Shown here piece after piece: positions 1 to 9,249 of a stretch of DNA of 64,000 nt. The translations under genes and the position numbers were made by a program. The number at the start of each line of letters is the position of its first letter. The first letter of the stretch is position 1. Below the pieces are notes generated by a model. The model did not search any database. It saw nothing but the letters and a program-made list of their open reading frames with translations, and was not told where the DNA came from. The stretch spans positions 1 to 64,000 of the forward strand of contig CBDFFH010000008.1 of NCBI GenBank assembly GCA_965246715.1, in the 5' to 3' direction. The DNA comes from Chamaesiphon sp. (lineage in GTDB: Bacteria > Cyanobacteriota > Cyanobacteriia > Cyanobacteriales > Chamaesiphonaceae).

Positions 1-1
1 C

Positions 2-427
2 CTCAAAGTCAACCTCTTACCAGTTAGCCACCCGATCGATCTAGTATTCTTTCCTCAAGGTGCAGCGCTCACTTTCTATGGTGTCGCCGGAACGCTCTTA
101 GCGACTTATTTATGGGTAGCGATCCTCCTCGATATCGGTGGCGGTTACAATAAATTCGATCGAGCCGATGGTGAGATCACGATCTTCCGCAATGGGTTTC
201 CAGGTAAAAACCGCCGGATCGAACTCAAAAGCAAAATTGCTGACGCTCAAGCTGTCAGAGTCGATATCAAAGATGGACTCAGCCCCCGTCGGACTCTCTA
301 CGTCCGCATCAAAGGCCGTCGCGAAATCCCCCTCACCCGCGTTGGCGAGCCGATCTCGCTGGCTGAATTAGAAGTGCAAGGTGCCAATCTAGCCAGATTT
401 TTAGGCGTACCTTTAGAAGGGTTATAG
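2..427 (+). CDS. ycf4: Photosystem I assembly protein Ycf4 (5'-truncated by window edge)
   Basis: Manual translation from nt 2: LKVNLLPVSHPIDLVFFPQGAALTFYGVAG...DIGGGYNKFDR...IFRNGFPGKNRRI...FLGVPLEGL*, stop TAG 425-427; typical Ycf4 C-terminal part. Confidence 0.93.
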   Translation, partial: LKVNLLPVSHPIDLVFFPQGAALTFYGVAGTLLATYLWVAILLDIGGGYNKFDRADGEITIFRNGFPGKNRRIELKSKIADAQAVRVDIKDGLSPRRTLYVRIKGRREIPLTRVGEPISLAELEVQGANLARFLGVPLEGL

Positions 428-441
428 GCGCTTTTAGGGCT

Positions 442-588
442 GGCGAATAAATTCGCGTCTACACAACCAAAGTCCGCCTACGCGGACTCACATTATCAGG
501 CGTAGCGTCTAGCTCGATTGAAACGTATTAGATGAGAATTTAGTCTGCGTAGGCGAACTAAGATTATCTAACAGCGGTTGAAATCGCT
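442..588. repeat. Cyanobacterial palindromic dispersed repeat pair (AGTCCGCCTACGCGGACT type)
   Basis: GGCGAATAAATTCGCG...AGTCCGCCTACGCGGACT followed by a degenerate inverted copy AGTCTGCGTAGGCGAACT. Confidence 0.6.
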
Positions 589-711
589 ATCTCCCTATCC
601 CCCTACCTGCGATCGAATCCTAAATAAAGATGTACATTAATAGCAGGTAGGAGTTAATTTATGGCACCATCAAGAATTGCTTCCGTCCACTTCCACATAC
701 TTAAATAGATT

Positions 712-1350
712 ATGCAGTTAAGATTAGGGGACGTTGTACCCAACTTTAAACAAGCTACTACTCACGGCGAGATCGATTTCTTTGAGTGGGCTGGCAATAG
801 CTGGGTCGTCTTATTTTCCCATCCCAAAGATTTCACACCAGTTTGCACCACCGAACTCGGTGAAGTTGCTAGACTGAAACCAGAATTTGATAAACGCAAC
901 GTCAAAGCGATCGCCTTGAGTGTAGACGATGTAGACTCGCACAATGGTTGGGTGGGCGATATCCTCGAAACCCAAGGTACGGCACTAAATTATCCCATCA
1001 TTGCCGACCCTGACAAGAAAGTATCCGATCTCTACGACATGATCCACCCCAATGCGAATGCAATGGTGACTGTGCGATCGGTATTCATTATCGACCCCAA
1101 CAAAAAACTCCGACTGACGATTACTTATCCCCCAAGTACCGGACGTAATTTCGACGAAATCCTGCGGGTGATCGACTCATTACAACTCACCGATAATTAC
1201 AGCGTTGCAACTCCAGCTAACTGGGTTGATGGTGGCGACTGTGTAGTCGTACCAACAATTTCCACCGAAGATGCTAAGGTCAAATTCCCTAAAGGAGTTA
1301 CCGAACTTAAGCCTTATCTCCGCATGACTCCACAGCCTAACAAAGACTAA
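712..1350 (+). CDS. 1-Cys peroxiredoxin (Prx6 type)
   Basis: FSHPKDFTPVCTTE peroxidatic motif; YPPSTGRNFDEILR. Confidence 0.95.
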   Translation: MQLRLGDVVPNFKQATTHGEIDFFEWAGNSWVVLFSHPKDFTPVCTTELGEVARLKPEFDKRNVKAIALSVDDVDSHNGWVGDILETQGTALNYPIIADPDKKVSDLYDMIHPNANAMVTVRSVFIIDPNKKLRLTITYPPSTGRNFDEILRVIDSLQLTDNYSVATPANWVDGGDCVVVPTISTEDAKVKFPKGVTELKPYLRMTPQPNKD

Positions 1351-1377
1351 TAATCGATAAGTTTTAATTCAAACTAC

Positions 1378-1400
1378 AACAGCCGCAAGGCTGTTTTTTT
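1378..1400 (+). terminator. Rho-independent terminator
   Basis: AACAGCC-GCAA-GGCTGTT followed by a T run, just after the prx stop. Confidence 0.8.
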
Positions 1401-1588
1401 GTCTGGGTTACCAACATCTAAAAGTAGTGTAAAGACTCGATTGCAATCGCTAATCGGCGTTTTCAAAATTAGGGATTATCGATCGATCCTACGTACCTTC
1501 GATCGCAGAGGAGATGTGTTCACCCTCGGTAGCAATACTTATATTACTCTGTATTTTATCGAGCGCCACATTTTTAAATTATTTTTGT

Positions 1589-2314
1589 CTAGCCGATTGG
1601 TTTCTGGTCGGTTAAGTGTGTAAAGGCAACTTTTGCCGCAGCTTGTTCGGCGGCTTTTTTAGAGTGTCCGCTACCCGTACCTAATTGTCGATCGCGAAAC
1701 CACACTTCGGCGATAAAACGGTGCAATCGATCGATCGCCACATTATCTTCCCTGACTCGATATTCAGGTAAAGCCTTGTAATGTGCTTGCGTCCATTCTT
1801 GGAGGGCATCTTTATAATTTTGCCGCGCAGGATCTTCGAGGATTTCTGTTGCTAATCTTTGGAACTGCGGATCGAGCCAAGGTCGGACTAGTTGCAGATT
1901 GTTAGTAGTTAAATACAGCGCAGCTAAGACCGCTTCAAAGGCATCTGCCAGCCGCGAAACCCGTCCAGAAGGGTCTCCGACTGCCGAAGCCGCCAGCAGA
2001 AGATATCGCTCGAATCCATAGCTATCAGAGATCTGAGCCAAAATGCGATCGCTCACTAGTACCTTGCGAATTGCCGAAAAATCCCCAACCGATTTATCGG
2101 GGTAAGTCTCCCACAAAAATTCCGAAGCTGCCAACCGTACCACTGAATCGCCGATAAATTCTAGCTGCTCGTAGTTAGGTATGCCCATCGTCGGGTGAGT
2201 TAAGGCAATATCTAACAGCGACCAGTTTACTTGCGTATCTGCTGGCAATCCCAATCGAGCGATCGATTTTGCTAATTCTGCTTGTCGCCGTGGATGCATC
2301 TGGTTGGTACTCAA
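1589..2314 (-). CDS. rnc: Ribonuclease III (start may be the ATG at 2299)
   Basis: NYEQLEFIGDSV signature, ADAFEAVLAALY, C-terminal dsRBD (NYKDALQE...GSGHSKKAAEQAAA). Confidence 0.95.
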   Translation of the reverse strand: MSTNQMHPRRQAELAKSIARLGLPADTQVNWSLLDIALTHPTMGIPNYEQLEFIGDSVVRLAASEFLWETYPDKSVGDFSAIRKVLVSDRILAQISDSYGFERYLLLAASAVGDPSGRVSRLADAFEAVLAALYLTTNNLQLVRPWLDPQFQRLATEILEDPARQNYKDALQEWTQAHYKALPEYRVREDNVAIDRLHRFIAEVWFRDRQLGTGSGHSKKAAEQAAAKVAFTHLTDQKPIG

Positions 2315-2321
2315 ACAAAAA

Positions 2322-2738
2322 GAGAGAGAGTCGGAACGTAAGCCGGGTTTTGTTATCTCTTGCGAGACGGCGGTTATCTATCTGGGTAGCTTGTTACCAA
2401 GTACCTCAAGCGGATCTAAACGGAACTGGTCAAAGACCAACCAGAGTTCCTGCCTTGCTTCCAACCGGGGTTTACCGAGCCAGTACCTCTCGATACTGCT
2501 GGTGCGCTCTTACCGCACCTTTGCACCCTTACCTCTAGGAAGTGGCTAGTGGCTAGTGACTAGTATTTCTCTAGCCACTATTCACTATTCACTAGTCACT
2601 AATTGAGGCGGTATTTTTCTGTGGCACTATCCTCACGATCGCTCGTACTGGGCGTTACCCAGCAAGTTTGGTCTTTAGGAAGCCCGGACTTTCCTCGAAT
2701 TCGACTAGCGAACCCGCAACCACCTCGCCTACTCTCTC
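2322..2738 (-). ncRNA. rnpB: RNase P RNA (class A)
   Basis: Minus strand has GAGGAAAGUCCGGGC (CR-I), AGUGCCACAGAAAAAUACCGCC, GGUAAGGGUGCAAAGGUGCGGUAAGAGCGCACC and AACAAAACCCGGCUUAC (CR-V); ends pair via GAGAGAGU/ACUCUCUC. Ends approximate. Confidence 0.96.
2541..2604. repeat. Complementary heptamer short tandem repeats (TAGTG[G/A][C/A]) within rnpB P12
   Basis: AGTGGCTAGTGGCTAGTGACTAG followed by inverted CTAGCCACTATTCACTATTCACTAGTCACTA. Confidence 0.85.
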
Positions 2739-2844
2739 AACCCTTTATTGTACGGGAGATCGGGTAGATATTTGCGTCACGCTAGCAGTAAAGATCGTCG
2801 GCAAGTTAAGATAGTCTCATCTACCAATTCACGCTCTGCTAACT

Positions 2845-3270
2845 ATGACTCGTGCAACTATCGAAACCGAAAAAGGAACCATCAATATTCAGTTTTTTGA
2901 TGCTGACGCACCCAAGACGGTGAAAAACTTCGTCGATCTCGCAGAGAAAGGCTTTTATGATGGTTTGACTTTCCACCGAGTCATTCCCAATTTTATGATC
3001 CAAGGCGGCTGTCCTGACGGTCGCGGTACTGGCGGCCCTGGGTATAAAATTAATTGTGAAATCAATAAAAATCTCCACCAAGCGGGGACGCTATCGATGG
3101 CTCATGCTGGTAAAAATACTGGTGGGAGTCAGTTTTTTATCTGTCATTCGCCACAGTCCCATTTAGATGGGGTACATACTGTCTTCGGTCAAACTGAAGA
3201 TATGGATGTGGTCAATACGATTAAAGGTGGCGACAAAATGTTGTCAGTGAAGATTCAGCACGACGCATAA
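2845..3270 (+). CDS. Cyclophilin-type peptidyl-prolyl cis-trans isomerase
   Basis: [46 protein letters not shown]. Confidence 0.95.
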   Translation: MTRATIETEKGTINIQFFDADAPKTVKNFVDLAEKGFYDGLTFHRVIPNFMIQGGCPDGRGTGGPGYKINCEINKNLHQAGTLSMAHAGKNTGGSQFFICHSPQSHLDGVHTVFGQTEDMDVVNTIKGGDKMLSVKIQHDA

Positions 3271-3382
3271 TATCGGGATATCCCCCTCTAACAGGGGGAC
3301 TTTGAGCACGAAAGATGCTGTGGTAATCGATCGATAAATTCAGCCCACGCAAATCCAAAAACGCTCATTTAAAGTTGAGTTA

Positions 3383-3913
3383 ATGATGGCAAATATTTTG
3401 CAGATTTCGGAAATAGGCAGTCCGATTTTACGGCACCAAGCACGATCGATCGACAATCTGCCCAATCCCCAGACTGACAGTTTGATTGACGATTTAGTTG
3501 CGACGGCGATGGCGGCGCATGGGGTGGGGATTGCCGCGCCGCAAGTGGCGGCATCGGTGCGATTATTTATTGTGGCCTCGCGCCCGAGTCCGCGCTATCC
3601 GACTGCGCCCACGATGGAACCGACAGCGATGATTAATCCACGGATCCTCGATCGATCTGGCGAGTTGGTATCTGGCTGGGAGGGATGTTTGAGCGTGCCA
3701 GGAACGCGCGGTTTTGTGCCGCGAGATCTGACGATCGAAGTGGAGTACCTCACCAGACATGGCGAGCGGATCCAACAGGAATTAACTGGATTTATCGCGC
3801 GAATTTTTCAACACGAACTCGACCATTTAGATGGAACTTTATTTCCCGATCGAGTTTTAGTTTCAACAGATTTAATTACTGAAGCCGAGTATTTAAAAAT
3901 TGCTTTTGAATAA
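3383..3913 (+). CDS. def: Peptide deformylase
   Basis: GVGIAAPQV, EGCLS, QHELDHLDG motifs. Confidence 0.95.
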   Translation: MMANILQISEIGSPILRHQARSIDNLPNPQTDSLIDDLVATAMAAHGVGIAAPQVAASVRLFIVASRPSPRYPTAPTMEPTAMINPRILDRSGELVSGWEGCLSVPGTRGFVPRDLTIEVEYLTRHGERIQQELTGFIARIFQHELDHLDGTLFPDRVLVSTDLITEAEYLKIAFE

Positions 3914-4862
3914 AAGATGGTAATTTTTGCTGATAATTATTGATGACTTGCTTGAGTCTGACTGGATTGGTCAGAATACCTTTAATTCGATCGAGCCGAT
4001 TGCTAGACTCGTTAGCATAGCGATCTGCTTTGGCATCGCGGATGACAAACTTACTATGTTGCAATGGGAAAGACATTGCTGTAACTGGCATATTTGCAAA
4101 CTCGCTAGTTTCTGTTTTTGAGTGAGTTGCATCCGGACGATAACCGATATTACTAATCAGATTCACATTCGGTATGATAATCAAGCCGTTTTGAATCCAA
4201 CAAGTGAAGATCCATTGATAATCCCAAGCATCGAATGTGCCATCGTAAACAGACTGAAATTTTCGTTTCCAAATTTCGATCGTCTTACTGTTCCCGAGCA
4301 GATCTTCGAGCCAACCACCATCGCGAATTGTCTCCCACAGCTCGATCTTGACATCATAATATTGCCATGCTCTGCGCCAGGTCGCCCAGCCCCAGGTCGG
4401 ACACATGTAATTAAATTGGGAAAAATAATAACTATCCGTGGTGCGCCGGCGACCGAATTGAAAGTTGTCACCAGAGATCGACATAATCCGGGTATCGTGT
4501 CGATATCGCTCCAATAGTTCCTCACAATAGGGGAAAAAACTCGGATCGGGGAGACAATCATCTTCTAAGATAATTGCTTCCTCAACCTGCTCGAATACCC
4601 AGTCTATCCCCGTTGCTGGTCGCAATTTACAGCCTAAGTTAGTATCGGAATAGTTCGTCATGACCGCGCAGTCCCAATCGACTCGATCGATAATGGCACG
4701 AGTTGCGGCACATTTTTCGGCTTCACCGATTTTATTCGCACGCGGCCCATCAGCGATGACTAAAAGTTTTGGCGGTCGCGCCTGACGGATCGCTTCAAAT
4801 ACTTGGGCCGTAGTATCAGGTCTATTGAAGATAATCAAAGCAACTGGAGTTTTCATTAGCAT
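3876..4862 (-). CDS. GT-A fold glycosyltransferase (HlpA-like / family 2-like)
   Basis: PVALIIFNRP, IADGPR, IILEDDC (DxD), WGWATWRRAW. Confidence 0.8.
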   Translation of the reverse strand: MLMKTPVALIIFNRPDTTAQVFEAIRQARPPKLLVIADGPRANKIGEAEKCAATRAIIDRVDWDCAVMTNYSDTNLGCKLRPATGIDWVFEQVEEAIILEDDCLPDPSFFPYCEELLERYRHDTRIMSISGDNFQFGRRRTTDSYYFSQFNYMCPTWGWATWRRAWQYYDVKIELWETIRDGGWLEDLLGNSKTIEIWKRKFQSVYDGTFDAWDYQWIFTCWIQNGLIIIPNVNLISNIGYRPDATHSKTETSEFANMPVTAMSFPLQHSKFVIRDAKADRYANESSNRLDRIKGILTNPVRLKQVINNYQQKLPSFIQKQFLNTRLQ

Positions 4863-4991
4863 AGTCCTACAAGTTAAAGATCTAATTCAAATAGCTTTAA
4901 TGCTTGAAAAGTGTTCGCTCCAAACTAAAAGCGATCGACAATACCAAGATCGATCGCTCCTATAATTACTATAACTAGTTTTTCTACTTAG

Positions 4992-5309
4992 TTACCTAGC
5001 ACCGCTACTGAAAAATCTAAAAGTTACTAGAAAACACCCAAAGTTAATCGCGGCAATTGCGAGCGCGCCTAATAGTAATCCTTTACTAAATCCTTTGACT
5101 CGTCGCTTGACAGACCAGTAGAATAGAGGGATTACATAAATCATTTGGACTAGACCGATCCCAAAAACTACCGACATAAATACTGGCGAAACAGTATTTA
5201 ATGCGAGAGACATGAAAATTGTTAAAATATCGATCCCAAAGACTGTAACGATTCCGGCGATTGCATCACCGATATGAGATTTTTTGAAAATTTGGGTTTT
5301 CAGCATAGC
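4992..5309 (-). CDS. Hypothetical membrane protein (about 3 TM)
   Basis: Hydrophobic ORF with GIGLVQMIYVIP...KGLLLGA; start uncertain (5309 or 5372). Confidence 0.6.
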   Translation of the reverse strand, partial: AMLKTQIFKKSHIGDAIAGIVTVFGIDILTIFMSLALNTVSPVFMSVVFGIGLVQMIYVIPLFYWSVKRRVKGFSKGLLLGALAIAAINFGCFLVTFRFFSSGAR

Positions 5310-5474
5310 TGTATTTTTAATTAGTGTACGTCGATCGTAATTTTTATTTTTGCCTCTGTGGTTTTGAGTCAATTAATATCGATTTTCGCAAAAACACTAA
5401 AATTAACTAGCTATAAAACAGCTAGCTTATGTTAGTAATCTTACTGATTACATTATACAGATCTAAAGGTTTTT

Positions 5475-6062
5475 TTAAGAATCAGCATATTTACCTAAGT
5501 TACGTTTTAGGGATTGTAATTCTTCATCCGCTTCCCATTGCCGAAATTTTGCATCCAAAGGATCGGCAGAATTACCGAGTTTGGTATAATTATTAACAGA
5601 TCCCCAGCTACTAGTATTGTTAGCTGTTTCAGCCTGAGTACGCGCTGCTTGGGCTGCGGTGGTCTTAGCTTTGACCTCAATCCGACGATTTTTGATAGTT
5701 TGTAACAATTCTTGGGCTTTAACGGTACGTTCCTTCAAGCCTTGCATTTTGCCCCAAAGCTGATTCCCCTGTGGGAGCAAAGCATCAACGCGATCTTGAG
5801 CGCCCTGTGCCAAGTCAGCACGTCCGGCAACGGTGGCTTTTTGGACACGATCGTACCAATTTTTGATATCTTGGGCGGTGTTGAGGATTTCTTGCTCGAT
5901 TTGACGTTCTTGCGATCGCAAGTCCACAATCAATTGGATGGTATCGGTTTCTTGCTGGGCTAGTTGGTCTTCAATTACTTGGAGTTCGAGGTGAGGATTT
6001 TTACTGAGAAAGTCATCGATCTGACTCTCTAAAAATCGCTTCATATCTTCTAGTAAGCCCAT
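5475..6062 (-). CDS. Cyanobacterial PspA-like coiled-coil protein (TIGR04376-like)
   Basis: MGLLEDMKRFLE...NPHLELQ...DPLDAKFRQWEADEELQSLKR. Confidence 0.8.
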   Translation of the reverse strand: MGLLEDMKRFLESQIDDFLSKNPHLELQVIEDQLAQQETDTIQLIVDLRSQERQIEQEILNTAQDIKNWYDRVQKATVAGRADLAQGAQDRVDALLPQGNQLWGKMQGLKERTVKAQELLQTIKNRRIEVKAKTTAAQAARTQAETANNTSSWGSVNNYTKLGNSADPLDAKFRQWEADEELQSLKRNLGKYADS

Positions 6063-6214
6063 ATAAATTATGAATTATGAGGTGTGAACTATGGGTTATG
6101 TAATTGTTAGTAGCAACAGCTTGGCGGTACGTCTTTGCTTAATTTTAGCCTGAAATTCTGCTGGTGGGCTACCCACCAGCTTGCCTGGTTCCCGTGCTAG
6201 TCCGAGCTGCTAGC

Positions 6215-7111
6215 CTAAAATTTTTGACCGATACGGATCGATCGAATTTCACCACCAGTCTTTTTAAGTAGCACTTCGCCTTTAGTGACACTTAGTAATG
6301 ACCATTGGCTAGTACCGATTTTTTGACCGGCATTAATCGTTAGATCGCGACCGTCGATTTTGAAGCTCGCGATCGGTTGACGACTGCTAGGAAAAGTTTT
6401 TAGCAGCAAAATCGGCGATTGAGGTGCGACCACTGGTTCTGTGCTGGACGCTGCAGAGATCGTCCCCGCTGGATTAACAATGCTAGGTGGAGCAGCTTGG
6501 GTTGTAGCCGGATTCTCGACTGAATTAATTGGCTGTGTCGCTGCGGGAGTTTGAGTGCGCGCAGCTTCAATTTTGGCGATCGATTTTTGCATGTATTCAG
6601 CAAATTTCGCATCTGCGGGAGAGACTTGAGCTTTTGATTGGAACGGTAACCAACTGGTATCGAGATTTTTAGGCAGCTCGATTTTGCGTTCGTTCACCAG
6701 CCAGAGCAATCCACCGCCAACTGCGAGCGAAGTTACGCCAATCCCCACCACGGCTTTCATCCACAACGGCAGCCGTTTTTGCTGTGGCTTGGGAGTTGCT
6801 GTTTGTGGTGACTCGGAATCAGCTGACGATCTCGATGAGGTAAAATCGGCATGAGGATCTTCTGCTGAAAATCTTTGCTGTTGTAGCTCGTTGGGATGAT
6901 AGTTGAAGCTTGAGATTCCGGACTGTTGAAGCTCTGGTGAGGGACGATTTACTACTGCTGAAGATGTCGGATCGGTGGTGAGATCGCCGCTGAGCAATTC
7001 GTCGATATCTGAAAACAGGCGATCGAGCGAGCGATCGGCATGAGCGTTGACTTTCGCCAGAATATCGCGGTCGAGTTGAGAATTTTGGGATGCGGGGTTT
7101 TGGCTGGTCAT
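6215..7111 (-). CDS. Hypothetical single-TM protein; C-terminus loosely resembles PilP/GspC-type beta domains
   Basis: 298-aa ORF with one TM (LWMKAVVGIGV...) and C-terminal GQKIGTSQWSLLSV...RSIRIGQKF. Confidence 0.65.
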   Translation of the reverse strand: MTSQNPASQNSQLDRDILAKVNAHADRSLDRLFSDIDELLSGDLTTDPTSSAVVNRPSPELQQSGISSFNYHPNELQQQRFSAEDPHADFTSSRSSADSESPQTATPKPQQKRLPLWMKAVVGIGVTSLAVGGGLLWLVNERKIELPKNLDTSWLPFQSKAQVSPADAKFAEYMQKSIAKIEAARTQTPAATQPINSVENPATTQAAPPSIVNPAGTISAASSTEPVVAPQSPILLLKTFPSSRQPIASFKIDGRDLTINAGQKIGTSQWSLLSVTKGEVLLKKTGGEIRSIRIGQKF

Positions 7112-7117
7112 GATTTC

Positions 7118-7168
<51 letters not shown>

Positions 7169-7276
7169 AAATATTCATTCATTTAACAATTACTTACCAC
7201 CATAACCTTCCACCAATAACACCATTCAAGTTAGGTATCAGTTTACCTCAATCTATTTACACTAGTTAGATCGAGA

Positions 7277-8806
7277 TTACTGCATTCGATCGATTGTGCG
7301 ATATTGAATTGCTTCGGCGATGTGCGGCGGTTCGATGCGATCGGTAGCCGCTAAATCGGCAATCGTTCTGGCAACTTTGATAATCCGATCGCTGGCTCTG
7401 GCTGACAATCCTAGCTTCCGAATCGCTGTTTCTAATAACTGCCGACTGCGATCGTCCAACGGGCACCATTCGCGCAACTGACGACTTTGCATTTGGGCAT
7501 TGCAGACGATACTTGGCACTGACTCAAACCGCTGATTGGCTCGTTCGCGCGCCGCTTGGACGCGGGGGCGAACCGTCGCCGAATTTTCTCCTGTTGGCTG
7601 GCTGGTAATTTCCTCTGGTTTGAGCCGATTTACCGCTACCTGGAGGTCGATCCGATCCATTAGTGGGCCGGAGAGCTTGGCCCAGTAATTCTCCCGTTGG
7701 CGAGGATTGCAGGTACAAGCTTGGATCGTATCGCCAAAGTAACCGCAGGGACAGGGATTGGTACTGGCAACGAGGGTAAATTGGGCGGGGAAGGAGACGG
7801 ATTGCCGGGTACGGGAGATGGTGACGTGTCCATCTTCGAGCGGTTGACGGAGAAATTCGAGTACGTCGCGTTTGAATTCAGTTAATTCGTCGAGGAATAA
7901 TACACCTCTATGGGCGAGCGAAATCTCTCCTGGTCGGGGATAGCTGCCACCGCCAACGAGTGCAGGCCCCGATGCAGAGTGATGGGGACTACGATAGGGT
8001 CGATCGCACACCAGAAAGCCGCGTTCTTTGAGCAAGCCAGCGACAGAATGGATTTGCGTGACCTCCAATGATTCTGCGAAACTCAGCGGCGGCAAAATCC
8101 CCGGCAGGCGGCGGGCGAGCATTGTTTTCCCACTACCTGGCGGTCCCACAAAAATTAGATTGTGGCCGCCTGCCGCAGCGATTTCAAGAGCGCGCCGGGC
8201 GTGGGCTTGGCCTTTGACATCGTGGAGATCGGCACAGTCCAACTGCGGTTGGGCTAATTTAGCGGTGACATCGACCTTGACTGGCTCGAATCGATCGGGA
8301 TTATTTAGAAAAGCGGCTACTTCGGCGAGATCGTTCAATCCGTACACCTGTAAACCTTGGACTACAGCCGCTTCGCGCGCATTTCCCGCAGGCACTACCA
8401 ATCCGCTAATTCCCATTTTCTGCGCGGCAGCGGCGATCGAAAGTACGCCCGCAACCGCTCTCAAGCTCCCATCTAAGGATAGTTCTCCCAAAAACAAGTA
8501 ATCCCCTAATAGCTCCCCACTGACTTGTTCTGATGCAGCAAGAATGCCGACACAGATCGGCAGATCGAAGCTGGGGCCTTCTTTACGTAAATCGGCGGGG
8601 GTGAGGTTGACGACGATTCGGCGCATCGGATACGCAGAGCCAGCATTTTTGATGGCCGTCTTGACGCGCTCCTTACTCTCCTGAACGGCGATATCGGGTA
8701 AGCCGACGACCGTAATTCCTGGTAAACCAGTGGCGACATCTACTTCTACACCGACTTTTACTGCATTGATGCCGATAATTGTCGCACTCCAAACTCTGGC
8801 TAACAC
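7277..8806 (-). CDS. comM: YifB/ComM Mg-chelatase-like AAA+ ATPase
   Basis: VNLTPADLRKEGPSFDLPI, GPPGSGKTMLARRL, PGEISLAHRGVLFLDE, NPCPCG. Confidence 0.92.
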   Translation of the reverse strand: MLARVWSATIIGINAVKVGVEVDVATGLPGITVVGLPDIAVQESKERVKTAIKNAGSAYPMRRIVVNLTPADLRKEGPSFDLPICVGILAASEQVSGELLGDYLFLGELSLDGSLRAVAGVLSIAAAAQKMGISGLVVPAGNAREAAVVQGLQVYGLNDLAEVAAFLNNPDRFEPVKVDVTAKLAQPQLDCADLHDVKGQAHARRALEIAAAGGHNLIFVGPPGSGKTMLARRLPGILPPLSFAESLEVTQIHSVAGLLKERGFLVCDRPYRSPHHSASGPALVGGGSYPRPGEISLAHRGVLFLDELTEFKRDVLEFLRQPLEDGHVTISRTRQSVSFPAQFTLVASTNPCPCGYFGDTIQACTCNPRQRENYWAKLSGPLMDRIDLQVAVNRLKPEEITSQPTGENSATVRPRVQAARERANQRFESVPSIVCNAQMQSRQLREWCPLDDRSRQLLETAIRKLGLSARASDRIIKVARTIADLAATDRIEPPHIAEAIQYRTIDRMQ

Positions 8807-8982
8807 AGCGATCGTCCCGTTTACTCTGAATATTGCTGTTAGTTAAGCATAAAATTTCAGTAGGCCACAACGATCGAATGTCGGTATTATTACAAGTTAA
8901 ATTACCGATTTACGGACTTTGGCAAGTAACGTTCGATCGAATCAACGTAAATTTTTGTGTTAAGTTTTGATTAGTGCTTTTT

Positions 8983-9136
8983 AGTCCAGTCACGCACTGA
9001 AGCTTATCTTCAGGCTTACCCCGCTCTCCCGAACCGGGGATGGCTGAGGTCGATCGGTACTAGGGAATCGATACTCGATCGATTCCTTAGTGAAATGACG
9101 CTGGCAAAGCATCTCGGCTGACATTGGATTTGGACT
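8983..9136 (+). promoter_or_regulatory. Candidate structured cis-regulatory leader RNA
   Basis: Several complementary stems in the 5' region of the symporter gene (see findings); no match to a riboswitch class I can recognise. Confidence 0.4.
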
Positions 9137-9249
9137 CGTTCGGATGTTTTACCGCAACATTTCGACAAGATCGATCGAGGCTGCCAATTAGAGCAGCCGC
9201 AATTACGATTGCAAAACCTGATGATGAATTACGTGCTAGTTAATTATTT

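Noticed and set aside
138..371. 77-aa ORF in the track
   Set aside because: Out-of-frame shadow of ycf4, which occupies 2-427
2269..2549. Two plus-strand ORFs (89 and 81 aa)
   Set aside because: Antisense to rnpB, with no protein-like features
9027..9050. SRP RNA (ffs) suggested by CCCGAACCGGGG
   Set aside because: Lacks the CAGG-x-CC-GGAA-GG-x-AGCA domain IV motif
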